Assembly (NCBI GenBank): GCA_964016885.1
Contig: OZ024763.1
Span: forward strand, 2,170,001 to 2,234,000
Direction: 5' to 3'
DNA from: Eledone cirrhosa
Lineage: Eukaryota
Length of the DNA stretch: 64,000 nt
In this document: piece after piece, positions 40,401 to 53,495 of the stretch
Position numbering within the stretch: the stretch's first letter is position 1
How the letters are laid out: the number at the start of each line of letters is the position of its first letter
Notes under the pieces: model-generated
The model's database searches: none
Told to the model about the DNA's origin: nothing
Seen by the model: only the letters and a program-made list of their open reading frames with translations
Position numbers and translations under genes: made by a program

Positions 40401-41173
40401 TTTATACATCTTTGTATACACTCATATAGTTATATATACATACATACATATATATATATATATAATTGTGGAAAAGTGACTTCTCTGTAAGGAATATACC
40501 CCATATATACCAATCTACACATATCTCTATATCTTTATATATACTCGTATATATATAATATATACACACACACCAATCTACATACATTTATATATCTTTA
40601 TATACACCCATATATATATATAAATATATAATTGTGGAAGAGTGATTTTTCTGTAAGGAGTAAACCCTATATATATATATATATATATACTCACCCTGGA
40701 ATATACCCTACACAAAATATCTGTATTGAGTACTTTGGACATTTATTATCATTTTAAGGAAACTGTGAATTTACATACATATATATATAAAACATATATA
40801 TTTGTATAAATATATATAAAATTATATATACACACACATATACATATTTAAAAATATTAATATACACAAACACATATATTTATTTTTAAAATATATACAT
40901 ATATATATACATACACACATATACAACGAAACACACACACACCCATACATATATATACACACACACACATAATCACACACACATACATATATTTATATAT
41001 ATACCCACACATACACACATTTATATATATATACCCACGCAGACACACACACGCATATATATACACACATATATTTATATATATATCCACGCAGACACAC
41101 ACACACATATATATACACACATATATTTATATATATACCCACACACACATATATATACACACACACACACATA

Positions 41174-41205
<32 letters not shown>

Positions 41206-41376
41206 CCCACACACACACATATATATATATATATACATATATATATTTATTAAAATAACAGATTAAAGTTTAATCTGTCATTTTAATAAATATTTGCTCT
41301 ACGGTTCTTATATATTTGATATATATTTATCCTTATCGAGCCCTCTTTGGATTTTAGTCTTCAAATTTATTATTAT

Positions 41377-41427
<51 letters not shown>

Positions 41428-41605
41428 AACAAACACATACACCCATATATACAGGCACATGGATGTACATATTGATAAACATGTAGAGAAATCTACCTAA
41501 CTTGTTATACATTGAACTACACACATATAACTATACAGTATCAGCAAAGAGAGAGACAGAGAGAGATAGAGAGCGAGAGAGAGAGATAGAGAGAAGAATA
41601 TAAGC

Positions 41606-41730
41606 ATGTTTGGTTCACATCTTGGAAGAAGTCCAAAAGCTCATAAACATTTGGTGATGGCTTCTCCGCGGAAGCACCAGAGGTGGAAAGCCTGCCTCTC
41701 GTTCCCGGTTAATAAATATTCAAATGGAAG
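41606..41730 (+). CDS. Possible first coding exon MFGSHLGRSPKAHKHLVMASPRKHQRWKACLSFPVNKYSNG
   Basis: ATG-initiated open frame in unique sequence ending at the consensus donor AAG|GTAAGT. Confidence 0.3.
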
Positions 41731-41816
41731 GTAAGTTGAAATAACCTTTGATTTAAAAAAAAAAAAATTTATTTATATACATATACATATATGTGTGTGT
41801 GTGTATACACATACAT

Positions 41817-41850
<34 letters not shown>

Positions 41851-41927
41851 TTCTGTTTACCTTTTACATATATATAAATACAAATATATATGTATATATA
41901 AATATATATATATATGTATATATATAT

Positions 41928-42032
41928 ATCTTTTGTTCTTATATATTATGTATACTCCAGTCCTACAAACTGTAGAGTGCTTCTTATCCGATATCTGCAT
42001 TGCTTTATTGTACTACAATAAAACTCACCTCC

Positions 42033-42036
<4 letters not shown>
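41928..42036 (+). mobile_element. Family A 3' tail only
   Basis: Reverse complement of 400-507, with AATAAA followed by (TA)n. Confidence 0.8.
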
Positions 42037-42126
<90 letters not shown>

Positions 42127-42460
42127 GGGAGAGAGAGATTTTCAAAATTATTGTTTAAAACATCACATTCCATATATGTATATATACACACACACATATT
42201 TATATATACACACACACACACATATATATATACACACATACATATATATGTATATTTATAGAGACACACATGTATATATATATTTCTACACACACAAAAA
42301 TACACACACACATATATATATATATATTGTAAAGGTATTTTCTACTTTCACACTTGTTGTGCAAATGTTTGGTTGTGTCTGTATATATATGTGTGTATGT
42401 GTATATGTGTGTCTAATGAAATAGTGTGCATGTATGCATATATATGTATATACATATGTA

Positions 42461-42514
<54 letters not shown>

Positions 42515-42579
42515 TATATTCTTGAGTACTTTCATACATATAAAAGTATAAATATACTCTTATGCATGTGTGTATGTGA

Positions 42580-42641
<62 letters not shown>

Positions 42642-42982
42642 ATGTATAGATATGTGTGTGTGTGTGTATGTATAGATATGTGTGTGTGTGTGTGTATGTA
42701 TAGATATGTGTATGTGTGTGTGTATATAGTTGTGTGTGCATTTAAGTGTGTGGGTGTATGTATATATAAATATTTGCATATATATGTTTGTGCATATATA
42801 TATATAGTAATAATAAATGTGAAGATTAAAATCCGAAGAAGGCTTGATAAGGATTATATAAAGATATATATATAAAATATATATATAAACCAGTTTCAGA
42901 AGATCCCGTTAAGGGTGAAAGCAGCAATTTTTGTACTAGTTGCATTTCTAAAAATAACGTCAATATATATATATATATATAT

Positions 42983-43176
42983 AACGAAGGAAATGTGGTA
43001 AGGAACCAGGTGGACCATAACGCACCAAAGTACTCAATACTTAGGGTAGTAGAGTGGGTAATAGGAACGAGTAGGACCCCGACGGCTGAGCTCAAGCCGT
43101 TTCGACGGCTAATTCTGTCCAGAATTAGCCGTCGAAACGGCTTGAGCTCAGCCGTCGGGGTCCTACTCGTTCCTAT
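42983..43176 (-). mobile_element. Family B fold-back element (palindrome 43061-43176)
   Basis: Near-perfect inverted repeat, GAAA-CGGCT-TGAGCTC-AGCCG-TC-GGGGT on both strands. Confidence 0.8.
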
Positions 43177-43289
43177 ATATATATATATATATGCATACAC
43201 ATATATATATATAAAGATTCCTATGTGATTCCTGACTGAAATGGAACCCCAGACCAGGATCTTTACTGTCACTAATACCTACCACTAAG

Positions 43290-43472
43290 CCACCGAAACA
43301 GCTATAAAGGGCTTCCTGATGATTTCTCCCGAATGAAACAGATCACCCAACGACTATTTCTGGACGTCCAGAAATAGCCGTCGGGGTTAAACATTTACCC
43401 ACTCTACTACCCTAATTATTGAGTACTCTGGTGCGTTATGGTCCATCTGGTTCCTTACCACACCTCCTTCGT

Positions 43473-43473
<1 letters not shown>
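43290..43473 (+). mobile_element. Non-folded family B relative with three tandem hammerhead remnants
   Basis: GAAA-CAGCTA-TA (43295), CTGATGA-TTTCTCCCGAAT-GAAA (43316-43338), ACCC-stem II-TC-GGGGT (43345-43387), then the family B tail. Confidence 0.6.
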
Positions 43474-43510
<37 letters not shown>

Positions 43511-44857
43511 GATAGAGAGAGATAGAAATCTTTGCAAGGTTTTTCAACCCAGAATCTTCATTTCTTCTCCAATCATCAATCAATTCTTTTATTTTCATTT
43601 CCTCTTCATTATTTAATTAGTTTTAATTAATTGAAGTATTGTGGATTGTTTTTAGTTTTGATTTATTTAATTATTTAAAAAAAAAACACAATTTGATTTC
43701 ACTCTCTGTCTTTTCAAGTCTGGCTTTTTGTTTTGTATTTTGCTTTCAATGTAATTATATATGTTGTTGTTGTTGTTGTGGTGGTGGTGGTGGTGCTTGG
43801 TGATATCTGATATATTTTCTAAGGGGAGAACTGTATAAACTAGTTGTCACCGAATTTATTTGGTTGTAGAGCCCTAATATAATTTTCTGAATATAATGTT
43901 GCTGTTGTTGTTGTTGGTGGGGTGCTTGGTAACATCTGATGTACTTTCTAAGGGACAACTCTATAAACTAGTCCTTCCCTAATTTATTTGGTAGCAGAGC
44001 CCTAAGATAATTTTCTGAAAAAAAAGTGGCACTCTTAGACAATTTTTCCCCAAAATTGTCAGACCCCATATCTGTATTTTATAGATAATCCCCTACACTC
44101 TAATTTCAATAAGATATTTAAAAAAAGCAAAAAAACCCTTCTGATATGAAATATTCTGAAACTGTCCCTTTATTTACAATACCTAGCACTTTGTTTGAAA
44201 ATACCTATATTTATCTAAAACCCATTTTAGGTACTAAATTACTTGAAACTCGTTCTACAATACAAAACTGTTTGAAAATAATTATATTTATTTAAAACCT
44301 TTTTTCTGATATCAAACTGTCTGAAACTACGTTTCGTTCTACAATATGTAACTGTTTGTTTAAAAATATTTATAAGTTTGAAAAGTTCATAGTCTGACCA
44401 TGATACTCTCATGGAATGACCAAATGCGGTTTATTTTTCAACATAGTCCCTGGAGAGAAACAATGCAGATATTAATGAGAAGAATTGATCTGGCTGTATA
44501 GGAAAGTAAAGGAAGGACTATAAATGCCATAAATGAGAAGAAAAGGGGGGAAAGAGCAAGGACTATTAGGTCATAGTAGAAAGAGGGGGAGCAGGAGAGG
44601 GTGACAGGTTCTGCCTAGTTCAGGCAATGTTTAGGCTACAGTGGTGTTTTTTTTACTTTCCAAGAATGTCTTGTTAATGTGTCTTCCTGCAGTTTGTTAA
44701 TCTAAATGTTTCCAGTATCTTGAAAATTTGCAGTCAAGAATTTGCATCAATATCTAATGTGATGCCGCCATAGTGTTGTTTTGTACTTTCCAAACATGTC
44801 TTGCTAATGTGGCTTCCTGCAGTTTGTTAATTTACATGTTTATGGTATCTTTACTAT

Positions 44858-45014
44858 AGGCTGTGAATTGGCAGAGTCATTAGAATGTCGGCTAGAATGC
44901 TTTATAGTATTTGTTCTGGTTCCCTGCTCTCTGAGTTTAAATCCCGCCAAGGTTAACTTTGCCTTTCATCCTTTCGAGGTCGATAAAAATAAGTACCAGT
45001 CTAGTACTGGGGTG
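44858..45014 (+). mobile_element. SINE S2-related, diverged
   Basis: TGGCAGAGTCATTAG A-box-like and AACTTTGCCTTTCATCC core. Confidence 0.65.
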
Positions 45015-45983
45015 GATTCTTTCTCTCTTTGAAAGAAATCTGCTGTACTCAGGCTCGGTGAGGGATATGGACTCCACTAGGTTTAAAATGCCCAAGAAAT
45101 GCCATATGTCACTATGGCACTATGGCAACCCTACAATTCTATCAGGAGTTGCGGGACCATACCATACCATCTTTATTAGTGGACAGATCTTAGTGAAAAT
45201 TTGCAGTAAAGAAAATATATTAATATTTAATTGATGCAGCCAGAGTGTTGTTTTTGTACTTTCCAAGAATGTCTTGTTGATGTGGCTTCCTGCAGTTTGT
45301 TAATTTAAATGTTTACGGTATCTTTACTAGTGGACAGATCTTAGTGAAAATTTGCAGTAAAGAACATATATCAATATTTAATGTGATGCAGCCATAGTAT
45401 TGTTTTGTACTTTCCAAGAATGTGGCTTCCTGCAGTACAATATGGCTTCCTGCAGTACAAAACATTAAGAGTTAAAGGTATTGATAGCTATTGTATATAC
45501 TAAGATAGATTGCAGCTATTTTTACTACAATAATCTCACTGAAAACCTATTTACAACTTACCAGACCTCACACTGTGCTTGAAATATTCTTGTAATACCA
45601 AACTGCACTGCCCCTAGTTCTATGATACAAACTGTTTGTTTTAAAGTGTTTATATTTATCAAAAAAAAATCTTCTAGCATAATTTTATGCAAGAACCTTT
45701 GTTATGTTATGTTTCAAATACCAGTTTAATAATGAGAAAGTTAGTTATATAAACTAAATTACTCTAAATTCTTGATTATTTTCAAAATAATTTGAAAATC
45801 ATAGACAGTGTCTTTCATTTGAAATATAGAAATGAAAGGGTTAAAGTATCTATATTTATCTAAAACCTTCCTTCATAATTTTATGTAAGAACCTTTGTTA
45901 AGTTATGTTCCAAACACCAGTTTAATAAGGAGAAAGTTAGTTAAATCCTTTTAAATTCTTGATTTTCAAAATTATTTGAAAAT

Positions 45984-48860
45984 CATAGACAGTGTCTTTC
46001 ATTAGAAATATGGTAATGAAAGGGTTAATGACATAGACAGTGTCTTTCATTAGAAATATGGTAATGAAAGGGTTAATGACATAGACAGTGTCTTTCATTA
46101 GAAATATAGTAATGAAAGGGTTAATGACATAGGTGCTGTCTTTCATTAGAAATATGGTAGTGAAAGGGTTAATGACATTGGTAGTGTCTTTCATTAGTAA
46201 TATGGTAATGAAAGGGTTAATGACATAGGTAGTCTTTCATTAGAAATATGGTAATGGAAGGGTTAATGACATAGACAATGTCTTTCATTAGAAATATGGT
46301 AATGGAAGGGTTAATGACAGAGACAGTGTCTTTAATTAGAAACATGGTAATGGAAGGGTTAATGACATAGACAGTGTCTTTCATTAGAAATATGGTAATG
46401 AAAGGGTTAATGACATAGACAGTGTCTTTCATTAGAAATATGGTAATAAAAGGGTTAATGACATAGACAGTGTCTTACATTAGAAATATGGTAATAAAAG
46501 GGTTAATGACATAGGCAGTGTCTTTCATTAGAAATATGGTAATAAAAGGGTTAATGACATAGGCAGTGTCTTTCATTAGAAATATGGTAATGGAAGGGTT
46601 AATGACATAGACAGTGTCTTTCATTAGAAATATGGTAATGAAAGGGTTAATGACATAGATAGTGTCTTTCATTAGAAATATGGTAATGAAAGGGTTAATG
46701 ACATAGACAGTGTCTTTCATTAGAAATATGGTAATGGAAGAGTTAATGACATAGACAGTGTCTTTCATTAGAAATATGGTAATGGAAGAGTTAATGACAT
46801 AGACAGTGTCTTTCATTAGAAATATGGTAATGGAAGAGTTAATGACATAGACAGTGTCTTTCATTAGAAATATGGTAATGAAAGGGTTAATGACATAGAC
46901 AGTGTCTTTCATTAGAAATATGGTAATGGAAGAGTTAATGACATAGACAGTGTCTTTCATTAGAAATATGGTAATGGAAGAGTTAATGACATAGACAGTG
47001 TCTTTCATTAGAAATATGGTAATGAAAGGGTTAATGACATAGACAGTGTCTTTCATTAGAAATATGGTAATGGAAGAGTTAATGACATAGACAGTGTCTT
47101 TCATTAGAAATATGGTAATAAAAGGGTTAATGACATAGGCAGTGTCTTTCATTAGAAATATGGTAATAAAAGGGTTAATGACATAGGCAGTGTCTTTCAT
47201 TAGAAATATGGTAATGGAAGGGTTAATGACATAGACAGTGTCTTTCATTAGAAATATGGTAATGAAAGGGTTAATGACATAGATAGTGTCTTTCATTAGA
47301 AATATGGTAATGAAAGGGTTAATGACATAGACAGTGTCTTTCATTAGAAATATGGTAATGGAAGAGTTAATGACATAGACAGTGTCTTTCATTAGAAATA
47401 TGGTAATGGAAGAGTTAATGACATAGACAGTGTCTTTCATTAGAAATATGGTAATGAAAGGGTTAATGACATAGACAGTGTCTTTCATTAGAAATATGGT
47501 AATGGAAGAGTTAATGACATAGACAGTGTCTTTCATTAGAAATATGGTAATGGAAGAGTTAATGACATAGACAGTGTCTTTCATTAGAAATATGGTAGTG
47601 AAAGGGTTAATGACATAGACAGTGTCTTTCATTAGAAATATGGTAATGGAAGGGTTGATGATATAGACAGTGTCTTTCATTAGAAATATGGTAATGGAAG
47701 TGTTAATGACACAGACAGTGTCTTTAATTAGAAACATGGTAATGGAAGGGTTAATGACATAGACAGTGTCTTTCATTAGAAATATGGTAATGAAAGGGTT
47801 AATGACATAGACAGTGTCTTTCATTAGAAATATGGTAATAAAAGGGTTAATGACATAGACAGTGTCTTACATTAGAAATATGGTAATAAAAGGGTTAATG
47901 ACATAGGCAGTGTCTTTCATTAGAAATATGGTAATAAAAGGGTTAATGACATAGGCAGTGTCTTTCATTAGAAATATGGTAATGGAAGGGTTAATGACAT
48001 AGGCAGTGTCTTTCTTTAGAAATATGGTAATGAAAGGGTTAATGACATAGATAGTGTCTTTCATTAGAAATATGGTAATGAAAGGGTTAATGACATAGAC
48101 AGTGTCTTTCATTAGAAATATGGTAATGGAAGAGTTAATGACATAGACAGTGTCTTTCATTAGAAATATGGTAATGGAAGAGTTAATGACATAGACAGTG
48201 TCTTTCATTAGAAATATGGTAATGGAAGAGTTAATGACATAGACAGTGTCTTTCATTAGAAATATGGTAATGAAAGGGTTAATGACATAGACAGTGTCTT
48301 TCATTAGAAATATGGTAATGGAAGAGTTAATGACATAGACAGTGTCTTTCATTAGAAATATGGTAATGGAAGAGTTAATGACATAGACAGTGTCTTTCAT
48401 TAGAAATATGGTAATGAAAGGGTTAATGACATAGACAGTGTCTTTCATTAGAAATATGGTAATGGAAGAGTTAATGACATAGACAGTGTCTTTCATTAGA
48501 AATATGGTAATAAAAGGGTTAATGACATAGGCAGTGTCTTTCATTAGAAATATGGTAATAAAAGGGTTAATGACATAGGCAGTGTCTTTCATTAGAAATA
48601 TGGTAATAAAAGGGTTAATGACATAGGCAGTGTCTTTCATTAGAAATATGGTAATAAAAGGGTTAATGACATAGGCAGTGTCTTTCATTAGAAATATGGT
48701 AATGGAAGGGTCAATGACATAGACAGTGTCTTTCATTAGAAATATGGTAATGAAAGGGTCTCAATGACATAGACAGTGTCTTTCATTAGAAATATGGTAA
48801 TGGAAGAGTTAATGACATAGACAGTGTCTTTCATTAGAAATATGGTAGTGAAAGGGTTAG
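45984..48860. repeat. 48 bp satellite, about 60 copies, from a TTAA-CCCT (piggyBac-like) terminus
   Basis: Unit TCTTTCATTAGAAATATGGTAATGAAAGGGTTAATGACATAGACAGTG. Solo progenitor at about 45799-45844. Confidence 0.92.
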
Positions 48861-49944
48861 ATAAAGATTTCTACGACAGAAACACCAACACTATGATGTC
48901 CAGGACTATCATAACCAATATTACCAACATCACCACCAACACCACACCAACCAACCACCACCACCACACCATCGAACCACCCACCATCCAACCATTAATC
49001 TAATAATATTCTTCCACTAATTAACCAACAAGAGGTTTCTAATTACACCAATCATTGCTAGTCTCTGGTTTTTCACCAATTCCAGTTTAGAATTATATCA
49101 TAAATAGGCCACCATAGTCGGAGCTTTGGTGGTGATGGCGGTGGTGGTGGTAGTGGTGGTAGTGGTGTGGTGGTGGTGGTGGTGGTGGTGGTGGTAGTGG
49201 TGGTGGTGTGGTGGTGGTGGTGGTGGTGGTCGTAGTGGTTGTGGTGGTGTGGTGGTGATGGCGGTGGTAGTTCTTGTGGTGTTGGTGGTAGTAGTGGTAG
49301 TGGTGGTGGTGGTGGTGGTGGTGTGGTGGTGGTGGTGGTGGTAGTGGTGGTAGTGGTGGTGGTGGTGGTGGTGGTGGTAGTTCTTGTGGTGTTGGTGGTG
49401 TGGTGGTGGTGGTGGTGGTGGTGGTGGTGGTGTGGTGGTAGTGGTGGTGTGGTGGTGGTGGTGGTGGTAGTGGTGGTGGTGTGGTGGTGGTGGTAGTTCT
49501 TGTGGTGTTGTTGGTAGTAGTGGTAGTGTTGGTGGTGTGGTGGTAGTGGTGGTGGTCGTAGTGGTTGTGGTGGCCATGGTGGTGGTGGTGGTGGTGACGT
49601 TGATGGTGGTGGTAATGTTAATGGTCACAGTGGTGATGTTGGTAGTGGTAGTAGTGGTAGTGTTGGTGGTGTGGTGGTCGTAGTGGTTGTGGTGGTGTGG
49701 TGGTCATGGTGGTGGTGGTGACGTTGATGGTGGTGGTAATGTTAATGGTCACAGTGATGATGTTGGTAGTGGTAGTAGTGGTCATGGGGGTGATGTCAGT
49801 GGTGGTCAAGCTCTTAAAAGGGGGAAGACGAACTCCTCAAAGTCAACAACCATCCACCCCAAGTATGGATTAAATATCCTCACCAACCCACAATTGGCCA
49901 AGTGAGGTGGTACAGCTACACCCCAGATGACACGACCAGAACCC

Positions 49945-51142
49945 ACCAGGGAGGGGTTCCTTCAACAGGAGTGAGAAGGTACTTGATTGGAGGTCAACCA
50001 GGGAGGGGTTCCTTCAACAGGAGAGAGAAGACCCTGGATTGGAGGTCACCCAGGGAGGGGTTCCTCCAACAGGAGTGAAAAGACCCTGGATTAGAGGTCA
50101 ACCAGGGAGGAGTTCCTTCAACAGGAGAGAGAAGACCCTGTATTGGAGGTCAACCAGGGAGGGTTCCTTCAACAGGAGAGAGAAGACCCTGGATTGGAGG
50201 TCAACCAGGGAGGGGTTCCTCCAACAGGAGTGAAAAGACCCTGGATTAGAGGTCAACCAGGGAGGAGTTCCTTCAACAGGAGAGAGAAGACCCTGTATTG
50301 GAGGTCAACCAGGGAGGGGTTCCTTCAACAGGAGAGAGAAGACCCTGGATTGGAGGTCACCCAGGGAGGGGTTCCTCCAACAGGAGTGAAAAGACCCTGG
50401 ATTAGAGGTCAACCAGGGAGGAGTTCCTTCAACAGGAGAGAGAAGACCCTGGATTGGAGGTCACCCAGGGAGGGGTTCCTCCAACAGGAGTGAAAAGACC
50501 CTGGATTAGAGGTCAACCAGGGAGGAGTTCCTTCAACAGGAGAGAGAAGACCCTGTATTGGAGGTCAACCAGGGAGGGTTCCTTCAACAGGAGAGAGAAG
50601 ACCCTGGATTGGAGGTCAACCAGGGAGGGGTTCCTCCAACAGGAGAGAGAAGACCCTGGATTGGAGGTCAACCAGGGAGGGGTTCCTCCAACAGGAGTGA
50701 AAAGACCCTGGATTAGAGGTCAACCAGGGAGGAGTTCCTTCAACAGGAGTGAGCAGACCCTGGATTGGAGGTCACCCAGGGAGGGGTTCCTCCAACAGGA
50801 GAGAGAAGACCCTGTATTGGAGGTCAACCAGGGAGGGGTTCCTTCAACAGGAGTGAGAAAACCCTGGATTGGAGGTCAACCAGGGAGGGGTTCCTCCAAC
50901 AGGAGAGAGAAGACCCTGTATTGGAGGTCAACCAGGGAGGGGTTCCTTCAACAGGAGTGAGCAGACCCTGGATTGGAGGTCACCCAGGGAGGGGTTCCTG
51001 TAACAGGAGTGAGCAGACCCTGGATTGGAGGTCAACCAGGGAGGGGTTCCTCCAACAGGAGTGAGCAGACCCTGGATTGGAGGTCAACCAGGGAGGGGTT
51101 CCTCCAACAGGAGTGAAAAGACCCTGGATTGGAGGTCAACCA
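49945..51142. repeat. 52 bp purine-rich minisatellite, about 23 copies
   Basis: Unit GGATTGGAGGTCAACCAGGGAGGGGTTCCTTCAACAGGAGAGAGAAGACCCT. Confidence 0.92.
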
Positions 51143-51245
51143 TGTAGGAGTTTCTCCGGTGAGAAGGTCCTGAATTGGATTGCTATATAAGGTTATATAC
51201 ATTATTGTCATCATTTAAACTACATTTTCCGTGCTAGCAAGAGTT

Positions 51246-51281
<36 letters not shown>

Positions 51282-51905
51282 TCTCTCTTACTCTCTCACT
51301 CTCTTCTTTCTCTCACTCCCTCTCTTCTCTCCCTATCTCTCTCCTCTCTTCCTCTCTCTCATACACATGCATATATACACACACATGTAAATTTTCCTTC
51401 TCCCCCTATTTATATCTAGTTCTTCTCCCTACTTTCAAGAATCAATTCCTACCCTTGTGGCCTCTCTCTCTCTCTCTCTCTCTCTCGCTCTCTCACACAC
51501 ACAACACACATAAACACACATGTACATACACGCACACACACACAAATGTAAAGTTCCCCTGCCCCTTTATACCTCCAGTACTCCAGTCCTTATTTCAAGG
51601 ACCATTTCCTGTCCCTCTGGAATAATATTTATCCACCTGAACTCCTCTTTACTCCACCATCCATTGCACAATACAACATGGTCTAGCTACATATTTCATG
51701 TCATGTCAGGGAGGTGTAAGGAAGCTGAGATGAGTTATGGGCCTTGTTCATGTGTACTACATGTTTCATCCATGTGTAGTCATTTAGTCATAGACACTGA
51801 ACTCATTACAAAATGGCTGACTGCTTGACTGGCTGGTAGCCCATTATTTATATATGTATATATATATGTATATATATCATCATCATCACCATTTTTCCAT
51901 GCTAG

Positions 51906-52239
51906 CATCATCATCATCATCATTATCATCATTTTACGTCCACTTTTTCCCTGCTTGCAAGGGTGGGACGGGAACTGATTCTGGCTTGATTTCTACAGCT
52001 GGATGCCCTTCCTAACACCAACCTCATTTACTGTGAGTGCTGGGTGCTTTTTTGCCGTGGCACCTCCACGACCACTTTGCAGTGGAATGATAGGGACCCC
52101 AGTCCCTATCATCTCATTTCTACAGCTGAGTAAACTGGAGCAATGTGAAATAAAGTGTCTTGCTCAAGGAAACAACACATCACCCGGTCTGAGAATTGAA
52201 CTCACACCCTTTCGATTGCAAGGCCAATGCTCTAACCAC
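51906..52239 (-). mobile_element. SINE S1 joined head-to-head with an RTE 3' end (52241-52347, +)
   Basis: Matches 62943-63300. The adjacent piece is the reverse complement of the 179 bp unit. Confidence 0.8.
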
Positions 52240-52669
52240 AGTGGAGATGACAAAGGACCATGACAAGTGCAGAGATGCTGTGCTGAATAAGACCCATTCC
52301 ACCCTTGCAAGCAAGGAAACGCGGACGTAAAATGATGATGATGATGATATAGACAGTCGATCAAGATCCCAGACCTCATTCACTTAGCAAGAGAGATGGA
52401 GCCCGTCAAAACAGACCAAGGAATCCATGTTTCCATTGGTCTTTCCAATTGCTGATACTATCTGTCAGTCACAACTCCTAGTAGAAGGAGCAACGTGAAA
52501 TAAAGTGTCTTGTCTGGTCTGGGGATCGAAATCGCAACCTCACGATTTTGAATGCAATTCTCTAACCACTCAACTCCACGCCTTTACAATATATATATAT
52601 ATATATATATATCAGTCCCACCCTTGCAAGCAGGGAAAAGCGGACGTAAAATGATGATGATATATATAT

Positions 52670-52803
52670 ATCATTTCTGAAGACAGCATATATATGTGAA
52701 GGTATGTATATTTCCTCTGATAGTTTGTAATATTTTTACATAGATCTATATGATATACATACCAACACACACATATATATCCTAGAAACGATCGTAAAAT
52801 GAT
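52670..52803 (+). ncRNA. Hammerhead ribozyme with a stem II of about 100 nt (family G)
   Basis: ATCATTT-CTGAAGA-[ATATATATGTG/CACATATATAT and GGTATGTATAT/ATATACATACC helices]-GAAA-C-GATC-G-TA-AAATGAT. Confidence 0.85.
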
Positions 52804-53085
52804 GAATTTTTTAATACAAGGAACTTGTTCTTTGTTTTTATTCATTGTTTTTATTAATTCATCTTGACTCTGTTTTTCCTATGATTTTCATCGAAAATTT
52901 TTGAATGCATCTTCTCTTTTCATGATATTTGGATTACATTGAGTTCTTCATACGGATTGGACACTACTTTTTCCAAACTACAGTTTCCAATCCGTATGAA
53001 GAACTGTGTATCTATATACATTTATATATATATATATATATAAATGTATATAGATACACACACACACATATATATATATATAGAT

Positions 53086-53141
<56 letters not shown>

Positions 53142-53171
53142 AGATCAAAAGATGGTTAAAGGAGTTCCATG

Positions 53172-53242
53172 TATTTTATTATGCCCATTTCAAAAGCAAA
53201 CATCATCATGCAATAATATTTGTGTTTTCATCAGATAAAACA
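53172..53242 (-). ncRNA. Hammerhead (family A), stem III loop mutated to GGGC
   Basis: Homologous to 526-596. Confidence 0.75.
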
Positions 53243-53306
53243 GGAGAACGTTGATTTAAAACTGCACTATCCACAAGTGTTTTTTAGCCTTGATATCATG
53301 TTCTCC

Positions 53307-53495
53307 TGTTTTATCTGATGAAAACACAAATATTTGTTTCTACTATTGGCACAAGGCCAGAAAATTACCCAGTACATTACTGGTACTTTATTTTATCGAC
53401 CCGTAAGGATGAAAGGCAAAGTTAACCTCGGCGGGATTTGAACACAAATATTATTGCATGATGATGTTTGTTTTTGAAATGCGCATAATAAAATA
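53307..53495 (+). ncRNA. Hammerhead (family A) with a SINE inserted in stem II
   Basis: CTGATGA 53315, GAAA 53476 and T-GCGC-A-TA-ATAAAATA are all intact. Confidence 0.75.
53335..53440 (-). mobile_element. SINE S2, 5'-truncated
   Basis: 12 bp TSD AACACAAATATT at 53323-53334 and 53441-53452. Confidence 0.85.

Noticed and set aside
42889-42930. CAGAAGA-TCCC GTTAA GGGT-GAAA hammerhead-like string
   Set aside because: Core mismatch and no convincing stem I or III.
46475-48736. 449 aa and 289 aa MKDTVYVINPFITIFL repeat ORFs
   Set aside because: 48 bp satellite whose unit length is a multiple of 3, with no unique flanking coding sequence.
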